Position numbers and translations under genes: made by a program. Shown one piece after another: positions 26,191-35,964 of a stretch of 64,000 bases of DNA (its first letter is position 1; each line of letters begins with the position of its first letter). The notes below the pieces were generated by a model. It was not told where the DNA came from. It worked only from the letters and a program-made list of their open reading frames with translations, and did no database searches. Location: positions 1 to 64,000 of the IMG/VR virus record IMGVR_UViG_3300034019_001883; one strand, given 5' to 3'. This DNA is from an uncultured virus (IMG/VR IMGVR_UViG_3300034019_001883) (taxonomy: Duplodnaviria; Heunggongvirae; Uroviricota; Caudoviricetes).

Positions 26191-28803
26191 ATGGTTCTTC
26201 CTCTGGAGGCTATCCTGTCCAAGTCAGCCGATATGGTTGTGGGCGGGGTAGCCTCCAATTTTTTTAGAGATCTTGACGGCGATGCCATTTGCCCGGACGC
26301 GATTCAACGCGCTATCCCTGGCTTCATGGCAACCCGTGGCCCGGACGGGCTAAAGGGTGGCCCCATTCGCCTGCACCATGGTTTTTGGGAGCGATTTCTA
26401 AAGCAGTCCATCTCTGCCCTTAATATTCCCTACGACCAGCAAGTGGGGCTACTAGCCGCGATCGCGCTCCCCCTGGGCCGGGTGACTGAGATGAGTGTCG
26501 ATAGCGATGGCACTACGCGTTGGCGGGGTGTCCTATCTGGCGCTAACCCCATCGCCCGGGTGGTGTGGAATATGCTCAAAGAGGGCATGGTTCACCTTGG
26601 CGTTAGCGTTGGTGGCAAGATCAACGGTGTACGCCCCGGCAGAGATGCGATCGGGCGGACCTGTAACCTTATTACTGACGTACGGCTCGATGAGCTCAGC
26701 ATCACTGATAACCCGGCTAATCGACTAATTGAGTCCGAGACCCCCGACAATGGCGCCTATATCACCGCGCTTGCTAAATCTGTGGGTAATACCATGCTCG
26801 CTCAGAAGCAACAGCATTACATCTACCTGAATGGCATCGCCTATACCGCTCACCCTAGCGAGGAACATGGCATTGTCCTACGCAAGGCAGGACGGCGGCG
26901 GCAGCCCTCCCCGGGCCAGCTAGGCTTGTTTGGTGGCCACAATGAAGGTGATACCAAAGTAGAAGACGGTGTTACCTATCGGCTCAATGCCAATAGCCGA
27001 TGGGAGCGGATGGATAAACCCAAGGCCAGCGGTAAGCCGTCTGGCGGGAAGAAGAAGGCGGAAAAGCCTGCGATCGTCCCGGTGGTGGAGGACGAGCCCG
27101 CCGCCCAGGACCCCGAACCCACCGTTAGCGACATGCTGGAGCAGCAGCAAGCGGAGATAGCTGAGTCGAAACCAGTTATCTCGGGCAGGCAATTTGTCGA
27201 AGAGTTTATTTCCGCCTGGAATGACACCCATGGTTCAGAGTGGAACCGCGATGCTGCGGGATACACAAAAGCCAAAATATGGGACAAAAAAGACGGGGAG
27301 ATCCGGGTTTACTTTGGCTCCGTTAAGCAGCCCCTGGTTTTCAGGAAGCAAGATAATGGCGAATACGTTGCCGCTGTAACCCCTGGCAAATATGGACTTG
27401 ATGAGCAAATTGCCCCTATCCTCGACGATCTAAATTCACGGTTTTCTACCAAGCCTGAAAACACCAAGACCGACCAAGGCTCTGCCGGAACCCAACAACG
27501 AGTATTGATGCAAGAAGACGAAGACGGTGTTGTTGCACCTGCAGGACAACACGAACGTGGCGTCCATATCGTGCGGGAATGGTACGAGTCAGAACCATCT
27601 CCCAAGCCCACCGTTGGCGACATGCTGGAGCAGCAGCAAGCCGCGATCGCGGATGAGCCCATGCCTGAGGGTGAGGCGATGGAGGGGGCGGAGGATGACT
27701 GGGAAAGTAAGCTGCAAGAGCTTCAGTCTATTGGCAATCAAGCCAAATTAGATGGACCCGAGGGTGTGAAGGATGACGCGACAGAGGCGCCTGGGGTTTC
27801 TTACAATCCTGACTTAGTGCAGCAACGAATCAACCAAGGTTATTTTGAAGGCCGGGCTTTCTACTCAAAAGCCGTACAAGCCATGAAGGCAGCATTGTCA
27901 GCAGGTAGATCTGTCAAACTGCATTTTGATGACCAAAGTAGCTATGGCGCCAATCTGGTAGCTGAAATCGACGGAGTTCGGCACCCTATCACTCGCTCGA
28001 AACTAAAGCCAAAAGATATTGCGTTTCTCCTGACGGTCAACAGTCATTCGGCAATGGACGTTTCGGAAGGCGCCTTGGAACAATTAGGACTAGGCAGCAA
28101 AACTGCCCCAACCGGACGCAAACGATCTTCCGCCTTTACCAAATCTCTCACCCCCTCATTCCCCATGACTATCGACAACTTCCTCCGCAAAGCCCTGGGT
28201 AATCCTGGGCGTGAGTTTGGTTCTGGCTCATGGCGGGATACGGGCATCCCGGCGATGGGCCGTAAAGTTGACGCCAAAAGCCCGCAGCCCAAGGGCGGCA
28301 AAAAGGTACAAATGGATGAGTCCGCTAGTGCCCATGCCGGTAAGGGTATCGGTGGCAAACAACCCAAAGCCCATCGCCCCTACTCCTCCGGCGGTATGCC
28401 CCCCACTGATGTATTCGGTATCACCATCACCCAACTAACCCGCAACCTAGCCAAGGCTTGTTATATGGACAAGGACGCCTGGGGTAGCCCGGAGACGGTT
28501 TCCTTCTTGACCGACAGCGCCAGGGCGATCGCGGGCATGACCGACACCCCGACCGACCCAATGGTGAACTTTGTCCGGTTCTTGCAATACTGCACCCGTT
28601 TCGCCCAAGAATTGCCGTTTATGAACGACTACCAGGCGGCGGGGACGGTGAAGGCGATGAATGCCGACCTAACCAAAGCGCTGGACGAATTCGTAGAGAA
28701 GATGCCTGAGGAGCTAAAGGGAAAACCTTTGCGCCCTGCCGGTTCACCCGGCGTTGTGGGCATCGACGTTCAGTTTCCCCAACAGTACGTTATTTACTCC
28801 TAG
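26191..28803 (+). CDS. Prohead (maturation) protease fused to leader+cargo and a C-terminal domain
   Basis: RDLDGD, IRLHHG, GVSVGG, ELSITDNPAN motifs; upstream of scaffold and capsid genes. Confidence 0.8.
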   Translation: MVLPLEAILSKSADMVVGGVASNFFRDLDGDAICPDAIQRAIPGFMATRGPDGLKGGPIRLHHGFWERFLKQSISALNIPYDQQVGLLAAIALPLGRVTEMSVDSDGTTRWRGVLSGANPIARVVWNMLKEGMVHLGVSVGGKINGVRPGRDAIGRTCNLITDVRLDELSITDNPANRLIESETPDNGAYITALAKSVGNTMLAQKQQHYIYLNGIAYTAHPSEEHGIVLRKAGRRRQPSPGQLGLFGGHNEGDTKVEDGVTYRLNANSRWERMDKPKASGKPSGGKKKAEKPAIVPVVEDEPAAQDPEPTVSDMLEQQQAEIAESKPVISGRQFVEEFISAWNDTHGSEWNRDAAGYTKAKIWDKKDGEIRVYFGSVKQPLVFRKQDNGEYVAAVTPGKYGLDEQIAPILDDLNSRFSTKPENTKTDQGSAGTQQRVLMQEDEDGVVAPAGQHERGVHIVREWYESEPSPKPTVGDMLEQQQAAIADEPMPEGEAMEGAEDDWESKLQELQSIGNQAKLDGPEGVKDDATEAPGVSYNPDLVQQRINQGYFEGRAFYSKAVQAMKAALSAGRSVKLHFDDQSSYGANLVAEIDGVRHPITRSKLKPKDIAFLLTVNSHSAMDVSEGALEQLGLGSKTAPTGRKRSSAFTKSLTPSFPMTIDNFLRKALGNPGREFGSGSWRDTGIPAMGRKVDAKSPQPKGGKKVQMDESASAHAGKGIGGKQPKAHRPYSSGGMPPTDVFGITITQLTRNLAKACYMDKDAWGSPETVSFLTDSARAIAGMTDTPTDPMVNFVRFLQYCTRFAQELPFMNDYQAAGTVKAMNADLTKALDEFVEKMPEELKGKPLRPAGSPGVVGIDVQFPQQYVIYS

Positions 28804-28818
28804 CTAGGTAACTAGAAA

Positions 28819-29643
28819 ATGGACCCACAAACCCTACAAGCCTTGATGGGAGTATTCCAACAAGGCTTACAAATCCTGCAATCTGCCCAGGCGGGTGCCG
28901 GTGCGCCCCCTACCGCTGGTGCCCCCGCCGCCAATGGTGCCCCCGCCGCCAATGGTGCGCCACCCATGTCCCCTGGTACGCCTCCTGCCATGGACCCCGA
29001 CGACGAGGACATGATGGAAGAGGATGACGAGGACATGGATGCCCCTGAAGCCATGGACGCTGATGACGATGAGGACATGGACGACAGCGGCATGGGTGGC
29101 TCCTCCCTGCACGATCGCGTCAGTCAGCTAGAAAACCACACTGGCCTGAAGAAAAGCGCCCGGCGTGGTTCTTTGCTTGATGCCGTCGCTGCCCTCGAAG
29201 AAACTATCCTTGGCACCGAATACGAAGGCCCCCTAGTAGATCGCGTCAACCAATTAGAAAAAGCGGCAGGTATCAGCCAACGCGCCCAGGACCAAGCACC
29301 GGACGAAATCCCGCTAGAAAACTTGATCAAGAGCGCGATCGAATCCGGCATCCAACAAGCGATCGCCGCCCGTGACCCGGAGGACAACGAAGACCCGGAC
29401 GCTATCCCCGACCTACGCCAGATGCGCAAGGCAGCCAAGGGCCAGCGTTATGGCAGTCGTAAGGGCGTCGCTGGCGCGATCGTCAGTGATGAGGACCTGG
29501 TAAAGAGTGCTGCTAGCCTTGGCTGGGACGGCGATGACCTGGACCGCCCCGTGTCCTTCGGTGATGCGCTGTTGCTGCAATACCATTCACAACAAGCGGG
29601 TGAGCCACTGCCATTTTCAGCCGATGAGGCTGACGACGATTAA
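28819..29643 (+). CDS. Capsid scaffolding protein
   Basis: Acidic low-complexity protein between protease and MCP; five [LM]xK[AS] motifs. Confidence 0.65.
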   Translation: MDPQTLQALMGVFQQGLQILQSAQAGAGAPPTAGAPAANGAPAANGAPPMSPGTPPAMDPDDEDMMEEDDEDMDAPEAMDADDDEDMDDSGMGGSSLHDRVSQLENHTGLKKSARRGSLLDAVAALEETILGTEYEGPLVDRVNQLEKAAGISQRAQDQAPDEIPLENLIKSAIESGIQQAIAARDPEDNEDPDAIPDLRQMRKAAKGQRYGSRKGVAGAIVSDEDLVKSAASLGWDGDDLDRPVSFGDALLLQYHSQQAGEPLPFSADEADDD

Positions 29644-29673
29644 TTTCTAGCTACGACATAAGGACCCCAAACC

Positions 29674-30663
29674 ATGACGAACGCAGCCCTGACCCGTCGG
29701 GCGCTACTAAAATCGCTAGGCATTAGCGATGGTGGTGGTGCCGAGGTTACCCTCCAAACCACGATCGCTTCTGAAGTGATCCCCTTGATCCGGCAACAAT
29801 GCTTCATGCGGCAGATCGCTGATCGCAGCAAGAGCCTGATCAATATGACCAAGCCCAAGATCCGCATCCCCAAGCTGGTACGCGCCCAAGGTGCCTACAG
29901 CGTCAAAGCGGGCCAACCGGCGCCTGAGTTCAAGGCACGGCTCGACAGCATCGACTTGGTGCCCGAAAAGCTGATGACCTGGCTACCCGTGGACCAGGAA
30001 GTATTCGAGGACAGCACCATTCGAGACATCGAAGGGATGCTGAAAGAGGAAATGGCTCGGGAATTTGCCCAAGCGGAAGAGCTTGCCTTCCTGCTAGGGG
30101 ATACCACCGTGGACCATGGCCCCGGCGACCCTAAGAATGTTTTTAATGGGTTATTCGCCCAGGCCGCCGCGACGCCCTACACCTACGACGCCTCCCTTGA
30201 CACCAGCGCTAACGCTGTTGAGGCCGGTACTGTCACCAGCAACCTGGTACGCGCCATGCGCTACCTGGGCATCTACGGACGCAATAAGCGCGACGTAGTG
30301 GTGATGGTGGGCCTAGCCTGGGAGGAAGCCCTCCTGCGTAACCGTAGCTTCCAAACCATGAGCAGCTACGCCTATGGCTCTGGTGCTGGTATCTTCACCG
30401 GTGAGATCGGACGCCTAGCCGGTGCCCCGGTCATTGCTACCACCTTCCTGGATGCGCAACCCGGTGAAACCTACGGAAAAGCCCTGGTAATGAACCAATC
30501 AGCCTTTGCCATTGGCGACTGGCAGCGATTTAACATCAGGGTATATCAGGAAATCTTAAGTGCCACGGACCAAACGGCAATACGTGCGAGGGAGCGGCTC
30601 GCATTTTCTGTAAGGTATCCTGAAGCTATCGTTGAGATTCTCAACGTTCCCGCTCAGCCGTAG
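29674..30663 (+). CDS. Major capsid protein (HK97 fold)
   Basis: 329 aa; VFEDS..DIE..L..E.AREFA..EE.AFLLGD, FNGL, GRLAGAPV, RARERL. Confidence 0.9.
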   Translation: MTNAALTRRALLKSLGISDGGGAEVTLQTTIASEVIPLIRQQCFMRQIADRSKSLINMTKPKIRIPKLVRAQGAYSVKAGQPAPEFKARLDSIDLVPEKLMTWLPVDQEVFEDSTIRDIEGMLKEEMAREFAQAEELAFLLGDTTVDHGPGDPKNVFNGLFAQAAATPYTYDASLDTSANAVEAGTVTSNLVRAMRYLGIYGRNKRDVVVMVGLAWEEALLRNRSFQTMSSYAYGSGAGIFTGEIGRLAGAPVIATTFLDAQPGETYGKALVMNQSAFAIGDWQRFNIRVYQEILSATDQTAIRARERLAFSVRYPEAIVEILNVPAQP

Positions 30664-31823
30664 TCATAAAAGGACGCGAAACTGGCTTTAGCAAGCAATT
30701 CACGCTGTTTAACTGTAAGCGTTTTTATTTCGTCTTTCGTTAAACGATTCCCTCGGCTAATGTTAGCTTTCGCGTCCAACCATCTTAGGTTCTCAATCGA
30801 CCAGCACAACTTAACTTGCTCCTCATCCCTAAAGTCAAAAAAGCTGCAAGGGATGATATGGTCCAGGTGATGCCCATCCGGTCGCGGCCCCAGTGTATTG
30901 AATATCTCATCAGCCTTATCCCTTGCCCATGGACGTGTCTTCCAGCCCTTGCGCCGATGACCTATCTTGACAAGCTCCTGATAGATCCGGGTGCTAATCC
31001 GTTGAGCCAAAAGAACCGACTCAGCCTCCTCAGGAGTAGGGGTTCGATCTTCTCTATGGCAATCGCCGCAGCGCTCCTGAACCTTGGACCTAAGGTTTCG
31101 AAGAGTTACCTTGGTGTAATGACCGCGATCGCAGACAACTTCTACCGGGGTACTGCTATTCGCATACGAGCCCGCCAAGCGAAACCCTTTAGATTGCAAA
31201 AGCTCGCTAACCTCGTTAAGAGACAAAGCCCGGTCCTGTCCATGCCTAGCAGGCTTGCAGTCATTACAACCGTTGTACCCAGGCTTTCTAGGCTTATTCC
31301 AGGTTTCATACTTAACCTGCCGTTCATGACCCACAGGACAACGGACCGTCATAGACTCCCTGGATATTCTGAACGGGGTAATGACCGTCCATCCCTCCCG
31401 CTCAAAGTGGGCGTGAACGTCCTCTTGCTGGCACTCCCGGCATTTGATGTCAGCCTTCTTCCAGTTTTTGTAAGCCCGAACGTGAACATGGCCGCGATCG
31501 CACCTAAGCGTCAGCGGTTCATTAACATTCTGGTACTTGCTGAGCAGGGTAAAACCATGCTTAGCCAATTCTGCCAAAGCCGCATCACCGCCACGGTGAA
31601 AACTAGCCTTAGCCTCTTTCGAGCAGATCGGACAACCTACCAGACCCGAACGGTTCATGCAGTTGACCACATATCGCCAGCTTGTTTCAAACTGGTGCCC
31701 GTCTGCACAAACGATAGTCAGTGGTCCGGCCTCACCCGTCCACTCGCTCGCCATGGTGGCGCCTACGGTGGCAAGCCGTTCCTGAGCCTTTTTACCCCAG
31801 GCTTCCTGTCGCTTTGTTAGCAT
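30654..31823 (-). CDS. Free-standing HNH homing endonuclease with four Zn-ribbon repeats
   Basis: CxxGH...CxxC repeated four times; HLDHIIPC...ENLRWLDAKAN. Confidence 0.8.
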   Translation of the reverse strand: MLTKRQEAWGKKAQERLATVGATMASEWTGEAGPLTIVCADGHQFETSWRYVVNCMNRSGLVGCPICSKEAKASFHRGGDAALAELAKHGFTLLSKYQNVNEPLTLRCDRGHVHVRAYKNWKKADIKCRECQQEDVHAHFEREGWTVITPFRISRESMTVRCPVGHERQVKYETWNKPRKPGYNGCNDCKPARHGQDRALSLNEVSELLQSKGFRLAGSYANSSTPVEVVCDRGHYTKVTLRNLRSKVQERCGDCHREDRTPTPEEAESVLLAQRISTRIYQELVKIGHRRKGWKTRPWARDKADEIFNTLGPRPDGHHLDHIIPCSFFDFRDEEQVKLCWSIENLRWLDAKANISRGNRLTKDEIKTLTVKQRELLAKASFASFYDYG

Positions 31824-31942
31824 ATTGATGTCACTCTACTCAGTGGCCACGCCTCGAGGTGTTCCAGCACCGTCGGGGCATTACCATTTTAGCCTTTTTC
31901 TCTTGCCCTAAACGCCTACAACCCTTTATTTACAAAGGTTTC

Positions 31943-32446
31943 ATGAAACAGTTAACCCTGCATAGCGATCGCTTCCCTGGGCTAGGCGCACCGGTCCCAC
32001 AGGTGCCGGGCGGTAAGCCTGGGGAGGGGGGTTCATTCACTTTTGCGGTGGATGTGCCCTACGAGGTAAGCGATGACACCGCCGCCGCGATCGCCGCGTT
32101 GCTTGAGTCCTTTGAGCCGCGCATCCAGCGTCATTTCCGCCTATCGCTGGTGGACCTGAGTACGGATGCGGTAGCGATCGCCGCCCCGGTTGAGCCGGAG
32201 GCAGCACCGGAACCGGTGGCAGAACCCTTTGTCCTTTCTGCCGATGACCTGGAGTTAATTCAGGTGGAAGTGGAGAAGTTGAAGGGGCTGACGATCGCCC
32301 AATCGACGCCGGTGGTAGAAAATACGGCTCTCAATGAAACCTTGCCGGTTGAGCTGCGCCGCGCCTACCTACAGGCGGTAATCGACGCGGACACAACCAA
32401 GGGCGTTGAGAAAAAGGCACAGGAACTCCTTAGCTTGCTTAGCTAA
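31943..32446 (+). CDS. Hypothetical head-associated protein
   Basis: Start MKQLTLHSD with AAGG; coupled to next gene. Confidence 0.6.
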   Translation: MKQLTLHSDRFPGLGAPVPQVPGGKPGEGGSFTFAVDVPYEVSDDTAAAIAALLESFEPRIQRHFRLSLVDLSTDAVAIAAPVEPEAAPEPVAEPFVLSADDLELIQVEVEKLKGLTIAQSTPVVENTALNETLPVELRRAYLQAVIDADTTKGVEKKAQELLSLLS

Positions 32447-33783
32447 TGCCTGTCACTTATGGCACCTCGTTCGAGTATCCCTGGCTGGATAATTGGCCCA
32501 TTGACATACAGTTGTGGGCCAACTCCAGCCGGGGACCGGGCGATGAACTCGACCTAACACCGGCTACCATCACGGTCCTGGGGGTAAGTGTCCCCAGGGC
32601 ATTGACGGTACGCTGGCGGGATGGCAACAATGCGATCGCGGTCAGTAGTACGACGGTGATTAGCATCCGCCATGCCAATCGGGGTGTGGTGCGGGTGGTG
32701 CCAGACCAAACTATCTGGGACAAGATCAAACTTGACCAGGGCTATACGCTGGAGGTAATCGCCTATGGCACCCTTCAGCATAGTGAACCCTTTACCACCG
32801 CTACGCCGCCCAAGGCAACTAGCTACTGTGTCAACGGTGCTCTAGTCTATGCCGCCCCTAGGGAGGTGCTAGAGGTGCTAGGAAGCGTCCCTGGCGCATC
32901 GGTTCAGATTGCCGTCCCCCTGGTGGGGCTGGACTGGGAACTAAATGCCCTAGGTTACTGGGAGGCGGAACTAGCCGACGACCAGGTGTTGTATGGGCTA
33001 TGGGTGGATGACCAACACGCTGCCCAGGTGGACTACAAAGACTTGGCTACCCGCTACGAACGGAGCTGGGCCAGGGTAGGCAGCACCCTTTACTACAACG
33101 GCCCGGAGAACCTAACGACAACCTATGTGGAAACCGCCTATAGCCGCTATGTACTGCGATGCCTGGAGGAAGCGACCGCCGAAGGAGAGCGCCGCACCGG
33201 TAGACGGTTTGCCAAATGGCGATACATCCGTCAGGCGTACAATGGCCTTAGCCGTCAGCGACAGGTCCACCTGCGCGAACGTCCTTTGGTTATTGATGAA
33301 TTTTTTAGGATAGATGCCCTCAGCTATAGCCGCACCCTATTTAGGCGCTATACCGAAAAGGACTTTAACCCGCTCAATATTCGCAGCAGCGGCGCCCAAT
33401 TGCTCCACGGCGACGCCGAGACCGGTGTAGTCACCATCAACCAAAATATTTGGGACTATTGGGACTGGGGCTATGCCGTTGGCGCTGATATTGGCATTGG
33501 CACCTTTGCTACCCTACCGCCCGGTATGAACAACGTAGAACTTACCTACACCGCCGGGTGGGACAAGATCCCCACCGACATTGCTGAGGCGATCGCCAAC
33601 ATGGCCGCCGTCCGGCAAGCAATTTTCTGGCAACAAGCGCTCACCCAGGGGATGCAGGCGCTTTCGATTGGTTGTGTGAATTTGAACTTTGGACAACTGT
33701 TCACCCAGTTTTCTCCAAGCTGGCAACTATCGGCCAACTTGATACTAGATAGCTACGCTCGACTTGACCTAGACATTTTGTAA
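32446..33783 (+). CDS. Head-tail adaptor (neck 1)-like protein with N-terminal extension
   Basis: ERRTGRRF...NVELTYTAGWDKIPTDIAEA motif. Confidence 0.7.
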   Translation: MPVTYGTSFEYPWLDNWPIDIQLWANSSRGPGDELDLTPATITVLGVSVPRALTVRWRDGNNAIAVSSTTVISIRHANRGVVRVVPDQTIWDKIKLDQGYTLEVIAYGTLQHSEPFTTATPPKATSYCVNGALVYAAPREVLEVLGSVPGASVQIAVPLVGLDWELNALGYWEAELADDQVLYGLWVDDQHAAQVDYKDLATRYERSWARVGSTLYYNGPENLTTTYVETAYSRYVLRCLEEATAEGERRTGRRFAKWRYIRQAYNGLSRQRQVHLRERPLVIDEFFRIDALSYSRTLFRRYTEKDFNPLNIRSSGAQLLHGDAETGVVTINQNIWDYWDWGYAVGADIGIGTFATLPPGMNNVELTYTAGWDKIPTDIAEAIANMAAVRQAIFWQQALTQGMQALSIGCVNLNFGQLFTQFSPSWQLSANLILDSYARLDLDIL

Positions 33784-33793
33784 GGAAACGACC

Positions 33794-34612
33794 ATGCCTC
33801 TCAATCCCCAAACCTCCCCCTTTCCCCCCATCTCTCAGCCCGAGCAAGGCTGGGAGCATAGCCTACGCAAAAGCCTGGAATACCTACAACCCGGTGAAGG
33901 CATCCGCGCCGGGCTGGAACTAGGCTTGCCGCTCAGTAGCGGTGCGGTAACGACCGGGCTCACCCCTACCCTTGCCTCTGGCGTGATCGTCGAGGGCGAC
34001 AAGATCATTGGCCCCTACGGCCCCAAGGTGACCGCTGCGGCTGCCAAAAACCTAAGCAACAAAAATATCTACTTCGGGCTCCAAGGGCTCACCTACGGCG
34101 ATACCAACAACGCCGCGCCCCTAGTCAGCGATGTGCTAATCGGTAGCCTTTCTACCGACAATGAAGCCACCGCCTCAATCCTGCACATTGGCCAGCAGTA
34201 CAACTATGGCGCCTGTCGCTTTGGCGTGCGGGGTGTCGTTAACCTAGCCAAATGCGCCAAGGGTTCAGACGTTACCTTTTTCACCTGGAGCGTCCCTGCT
34301 ATCGGGCTTAAGAATGTACGGCTGACCTATGCCCATGCCCGAGTCGCGATCGCGGCTACCGCTGGCAATACTACAGGCGACGACTTTCTGTTGAAGGTGA
34401 AGCAAGGCGCCGCTAGCGCTGAAACTTTGGTGACCATTGCTGCCGCTTCCTTGGTAACCGCTGGCACCGTCGTTCGAGATGTGGCTGCTAGTGCTGACGC
34501 CCTGTCCTGGTACGATGTACCTTCTCTGACCTTCCAGTACAACCAGACCGACACCTCCACCGTGATCGCCGGTGGGGCTATCGAGGTGATGGCTATCCTG
34601 GAAATGTTCTAG
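33794..34612 (+). CDS. Virion structural protein (decoration-like)
   Basis: Ala/Thr/Gly-rich, AAGGA RBS, located in neck region; SLRKS near N-terminus. Confidence 0.55.
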   Translation: MPLNPQTSPFPPISQPEQGWEHSLRKSLEYLQPGEGIRAGLELGLPLSSGAVTTGLTPTLASGVIVEGDKIIGPYGPKVTAAAAKNLSNKNIYFGLQGLTYGDTNNAAPLVSDVLIGSLSTDNEATASILHIGQQYNYGACRFGVRGVVNLAKCAKGSDVTFFTWSVPAIGLKNVRLTYAHARVAIAATAGNTTGDDFLLKVKQGAASAETLVTIAAASLVTAGTVVRDVAASADALSWYDVPSLTFQYNQTDTSTVIAGGAIEVMAILEMF

Positions 34613-34614
34613 CC

Positions 34615-35124
34615 ATGCAGCCCAGCCTCGGTTTTACTGAGACACCGCAAGGCATTTTCATCCGCCAAGCGATCGCCGCGATCGCGTCCAACCCGATGGT
34701 AGGCACCACTGTCTACCATTGGAAGGCGGTGGAGGCCAAGCAGGCGACCTACAACGAGGCTGGGCAGCCTGACTATTTAGCGCCTGCAAGCGGGTTGTTT
34801 GACTCCGGCATCGACTACCGGCCCAACCCAAACAATCCGCTAAAGGGCATTTTTTGTCGGCCCAAGCAAACGCCATTCCAGGACAAGGGCGGCATCTACT
34901 ACCAGGGCGAGGCAAGCCTTTACCTGGTGCAGGACCCGGGTGAGGTATTTGTGGTGGTCAACGATCGCCCAAAGCGTCAGGACCGATTTCAGATAGCAGG
35001 CGGCATCTATTACGCCACCGCGCCGGTGATGCCGTGCCAGATGGGTGATACCGTTGCCGCCTTTCAAGTATTTTTATCCCGCGAACGGTTTGGAGTAAAA
35101 GAAGATGGGTTATCGCGTTATTGA
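34615..35124 (+). CDS. Putative head-closure protein
   Basis: Synteny; PKRQDRF..G..Y pattern. Confidence 0.55.
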   Translation: MQPSLGFTETPQGIFIRQAIAAIASNPMVGTTVYHWKAVEAKQATYNEAGQPDYLAPASGLFDSGIDYRPNPNNPLKGIFCRPKQTPFQDKGGIYYQGEASLYLVQDPGEVFVVVNDRPKRQDRFQIAGGIYYATAPVMPCQMGDTVAAFQVFLSRERFGVKEDGLSRY

Positions 35125-35311
35125 TACCACCGGCGAGATTAAGCAAGGTTCCATCTACCTACCGGTAGCTAAGCTAGTGGCGATCGGGGAGCCCGTAGTG
35201 GGTGTGCAGGTAGTCGCCCTCCAGGAGGAGCTAAGCGCTATCTATGGCGATCGCTTCAAGGTAGAAGAAATCACCGCCCCCAAGCCCGCTAAGGAAGCAC
35301 CGGCTAAATAA
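35105..35311 (+). CDS. Small hypothetical protein
   Basis: GGAG RBS; coupled to next gene. Confidence 0.6.
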   Translation: MGYRVIDTTGEIKQGSIYLPVAKLVAIGEPVVGVQVVALQEELSAIYGDRFKVEEITAPKPAKEAPAK

Positions 35312-35904
35312 TGGCTTACCGCTATGCCATCAACCTGAAGTCTGGCCAGTTTGGGCTAGGCCAGGTGAAGGAGCTGATCCCTGAGATCGCCAAGGTAGCG
35401 ATCCAGGATGCCTCCGACCTAATTACCACCTACGGCAAAGAGCACCTAAGCGGGGTGCCCTTCAGCAGCCGTACTGGCGGCCATGTCATTCAAAAACGCA
35501 CCGGACGCGGTGCTGCTAGCGTCCAGGCGGAGTATCCCTACGGTTCTCCTTTTCGCTCTCGCATCTATGCCTCTGCAATGACCCGCTATGCGGACAACCC
35601 GGAGGAATGGAATTACCTCGCCATCCTGGAAACAGGCCGGGGTGAGGTGCGCCCTAAGTACACCCCTAGCGCTAAGGCTGGCTATGCGTCCAAAGCACGA
35701 CTTACGATCCCAGGCGGTAATCATCAGCTTGTCAATGGCGAGAACGGCTTTAGGGGCATTAGTGGCCGTTATTTCTTTGCCAAGACGTTACCGCCAATGG
35801 CTGGCAAATACTGGTTCGAGTCAGCCGTCAACCGGGCGGACCCGGAAATTCAGCAGGCGATCGCGGCGGCGGTTCAAGACGTTCTAAAGGAGCATGGCTT
35901 CTGA
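35311..35904 (+). CDS. HK97 gp10-like neck/tail-completion protein
   Basis: RTG...S, Y...LETG, G.YWFESA pattern. Confidence 0.6.
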   Translation: MAYRYAINLKSGQFGLGQVKELIPEIAKVAIQDASDLITTYGKEHLSGVPFSSRTGGHVIQKRTGRGAASVQAEYPYGSPFRSRIYASAMTRYADNPEEWNYLAILETGRGEVRPKYTPSAKAGYASKARLTIPGGNHQLVNGENGFRGISGRYFFAKTLPPMAGKYWFESAVNRADPEIQQAIAAAVQDVLKEHGF

Positions 35905-35964
35905 TGTTGTGGTTTATTGCGATCGCCGCCCTTCTAGCTATTCTCCTCTTCGAGATTGCCATCA

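Noticed and set aside
28915..28960. 18-bp tandem repeat (GAPAAN) in the scaffold; similar short repeats at 14166-14195 and 57244-57305
   Set aside because: In-frame low-complexity linker duplications with no sign of separate function.
30816..31820. 334-aa plus-strand ORF
   Set aside because: Antisense shadow of the HNH gene with no motifs or RBS.
30654..31823. Group I intron or intein in the capsid gene
   Set aside because: MCP ends with its own stop and a plausible C-terminus; the HNH is antisense and no second exon is evident.
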